64,000 nt of DNA from an uncultured Bacteroidales bacterium (GTDB lineage: Bacteria > Bacteroidota > Bacteroidia > Bacteroidales > UBA10428). Made by a program: the position numbers and the translations under genes. Below the pieces are notes generated by a model that worked only from the letters and a program-made list of their open reading frames with translations, had not been told where the DNA came from and searched no databases. Positions 61,904 to 64,000 of this stretch are shown here, piece by piece (position 1 is the first letter of the stretch; each line of letters opens with the position of its first letter). The stretch covers positions 82,088 through 146,087 of the forward strand of contig CAZDCD010000008.1 in the NCBI GenBank assembly GCA_964503885.1, given 5' to 3'.

Positions 61904-62830
61904 ATGCATTCCTCAATATCGAAATCTGAGCAGATAAGAACAGAGGCTATACGCCTTGGCTTTAATGACTGTGGTTTTTCAAAAGCAGGCAGACTTGAAG
62001 AAGATGCAGGTCATCTGAAAACCTGGCTTGACCGAGGACTTCACGGGACCATGAGCTATATGGAAACCCATTTCGATAAACGGGTGGATCCACGCAATCT
62101 GCTGCAGGGTGCTAAATCGGTAATATCCGTTATTTTAAGTTATCATTCCACACAGACACAATATGATAAAACTGCCCCGGTACTGTCGAAATATGCATAT
62201 AATAAAGATTACCACAAGGTACTTAAGAAACGACTCAGGCTCCTGTTAAAATTCATAAAATCTGAAATTTCCGAATGCAATGCCCGTATTTTTGTCGATT
62301 CTGCACCTGTTCTCGAAAGGGCATGGGCTGCCAGGGCAGGATTAGGGTGGATCGGGAAGAATTCTAACCTGATTTCACCAAAATTCGGTTCGTTTGTGTT
62401 CATCGGTTCCCTCATTACAGATCTTGAACTTGAATACAGTACGGCAATTAAAGACATGTGCGGAGGATGCACCAAATGCCTGACATCATGCCCCACTGGC
62501 GCCATAATCCGTCCTAAGATCATCGATGCTGCAAAATGCATTTCATATTTTACCATAGAATATAAGGGGGAACTGCCCCAGCTTCTGAATGAAAAATTTC
62601 AGAACCGGGTATTCGGCTGTGACATATGCCAGGATGTATGCCCATGGAACAGGAATGCTCCGGTGCATGATGTGGATGAATTCAAACCGGCAGATGGCCT
62701 GATGACAATGACAAAAGAACAGTGGAAAAACCTTAATGAAGAGGAATACGTCAGGATCTTTTCCGGATCGGCGGTAAAAAGGGCAGGATTCAACGGACTG
62801 AAAAGAAATATCGATTTTATCTTTTTCTGA
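61904..62830 (+). CDS. queG: Epoxyqueuosine reductase
   Basis: DYHKV, FVDSAPVLERAWA, GWIGKN, CGGCTKCLTSCPTGA, CISYFTIE, FGCDICQDVCPWN. Confidence 0.96.
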   Translation: MHSSISKSEQIRTEAIRLGFNDCGFSKAGRLEEDAGHLKTWLDRGLHGTMSYMETHFDKRVDPRNLLQGAKSVISVILSYHSTQTQYDKTAPVLSKYAYNKDYHKVLKKRLRLLLKFIKSEISECNARIFVDSAPVLERAWAARAGLGWIGKNSNLISPKFGSFVFIGSLITDLELEYSTAIKDMCGGCTKCLTSCPTGAIIRPKIIDAAKCISYFTIEYKGELPQLLNEKFQNRVFGCDICQDVCPWNRNAPVHDVDEFKPADGLMTMTKEQWKNLNEEEYVRIFSGSAVKRAGFNGLKRNIDFIFF

Positions 62831-62859
62831 AAGCCGGCTGTGTATAATTCCGAAATCGG

Positions 62860-63264
62860 TCAGGCTCTGTAAAGCGTTACCACAATATTTCTCACCTGCC
62901 GTGGACCATCGAATTCACAGAGAAAAATATTCTGCCATGTGGATAATCCCAGCTGACCGTCAACAACGGGTATCGTTTCACCCGGACCTACAAGTCCTGC
63001 TTTTAAATGCGCATCGCCGTTATTGTCCTGGTGGTCATGCTGCCAAATCCCATGAGGAATAAGCTTGTTCAGCAGGGTTATCACATCATTTTGTACCGAG
63101 TCATCCCAGTTTTCCTGGATCATTATTGCCGCTGTGGCTCCCTGAACATACACATGTACAAAACCGGTGAGGATTTTGGTCTCTTTCACGATATCCCTTA
63201 TATGGCGGGTGATATCATACAGTCCGTTATGTTTATCGGTAGGTATTTGTATAAATCTTTGCAT
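62860..63264 (-). CDS. yjbQ: YjbQ/UPF0047 family protein (secondary thiamine-phosphate synthase family)
   Basis: GATAAIMIQEN, NGDAHLKA, LGLSTWQNIFLCEFDGPR. Confidence 0.9.
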   Translation of the reverse strand: MQRFIQIPTDKHNGLYDITRHIRDIVKETKILTGFVHVYVQGATAAIMIQENWDDSVQNDVITLLNKLIPHGIWQHDHQDNNGDAHLKAGLVGPGETIPVVDGQLGLSTWQNIFLCEFDGPRQVRNIVVTLYRA

Positions 63265-63381
63265 TTTTGTACTTTTGTACGTTTTAAAAAGCTGATTTAT
63301 AAAAATTTAAAAAAACAGTGATCATGTTTTTTTTACGAATTTAAGGTTCAATGTTGAATAAACCACTTATTTTATAGAAAA

Positions 63382-64000
63382 ATGCACAGGGAAGAGTTGG
63401 TGCAACTGAAAGAAGAGATCATAACAGATTATTTTCAGTGGCAAACATTTGACGGACTAAAGTTGTGGGGAATGTACCGGAAATTACACCAGGACGTAAA
63501 TGCAGTAATAATTTTTGTTCACGATCTGGGAGAACATGGTGAAAGATACCTGAACTGGACCGGGAAATTCGTCAACAACGGATACATTGTCGGTTCTTAT
63601 GATCTCAGAGGACATGGAAGATCGGAGGGGAAAAGAGGATATGCTTCGACATACAGGAAGCACATTAAAGACCTGCTTGGCTTTCTGGAGAGAACAAGAT
63701 CAGAATTTCCCGAAATTCCGGTGATCCTTTATGGGCATGGTCTGGGGGGGAATATAATAACGAACTGTGTAATTTCAAATAAAGTAAATGTTGCCGGTTT
63801 GATCATCGCATCGCCGTGGTTCGAATTTGCACTTCATCCTTCGAGGATCAAATTCATACTTGCAGGTATTGTTAAAAATATAATTCCCGGACTGATAACC
63901 AGAACAGGCTTAAACGCCGTTCACCTGTCAAGAAATACCGATGTTGTACGCGGTTATGTGAATGATCCCCTTGTGCATGACAAAATATCACTTAGACTTT
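63382..64000 (+). CDS. Alpha/beta hydrolase, lysophospholipase/monoacylglycerol lipase family, apparently lacking the catalytic Ser (runs off the window end)
   Basis: Hand translation from ATG 63382: FVHDLGEHGERY, YDLRGHGRSEGKRG, ILYGHGLGGN, ASPW, LSRN...YVNDPLVH. Not in the ORF track. Confidence 0.88.
   Translation, partial: MHREELVQLKEEIITDYFQWQTFDGLKLWGMYRKLHQDVNAVIIFVHDLGEHGERYLNWTGKFVNNGYIVGSYDLRGHGRSEGKRGYASTYRKHIKDLLGFLERTRSEFPEIPVILYGHGLGGNIITNCVISNKVNVAGLIIASPWFEFALHPSRIKFILAGIVKNIIPGLITRTGLNAVHLSRNTDVVRGYVNDPLVHDKISLRL

Noticed and set aside
283-63321. Many short ORFs in the track that overlap longer genes on the opposite strand or in another frame (e.g. 3463-3768, 11869-12432, 23589-24236, 53224-53766, 59450-59911)
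   Set aside because: Antisense or frame shadows of well-supported genes, with no motifs or independent starts.
1-64000. CRISPR arrays, tRNA/rRNA genes, IS elements, prophage genes
   Set aside because: No regularly spaced direct repeats, cloverleaf or rRNA signatures, or transposase/integrase motifs were seen by eye.

Overview
Chromosomal window from a Bacteroidota genome, probably Bacteroidales-like (TAnnTTTG promoters, fused lpxC-fabZ, no Shine-Dalgarno pattern), that appears to span the replication origin. Two parS palindromes sit between mnmG and uvrC. An AT-rich nadA-rpiB spacer (about 14.1-14.55 kb) carries DnaA-box-like 9-mers, and strand bias appears to flip there. Most of the window is housekeeping: uvrC (partial), mnmG, ybeY, dut, pheS, ruvB, nadA, rpiB, hemW, folB, glnS, waaA, kbl/tdh, dprA, sufBCDSE-sufT, thiL, lpxD-lpxC/fabZ-lpxA, rimP-nusA-infB and queG. 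I found no rRNA, tRNA, CRISPR array or mobile element. Three accessory modules stand out. (1) At 16-29 kb, a soluble multi-PAS/GAF kinase and a NarL-type regulator are followed by three promoters with the same architecture (-7 element plus four equally spaced TAC-core sites). These appear to drive a 98-aa orphan, a candidate ~120-nt sRNA with three AGGGUUU repeats, and a receiver-only protein. The block is bracketed by two paralogous MggS-like GT4 genes, one fused to an unknown domain and a NAGPA-like phosphodiester glycosidase domain. (2) At 38.9-43.2 kb, a tightly coupled six-gene run encodes a small membrane protein, a LolA-like protein, an apparently exported YidD homolog, two paralogous TPR/membrane-hairpin proteins and DprA. 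(3) At 33.5-36.3 kb there is an ECF sigma/anti-sigma envelope module. The last gene is an alpha/beta hydrolase with Gly in place of the catalytic Ser. Family assignments are from motif recognition by eye; no searches were run.
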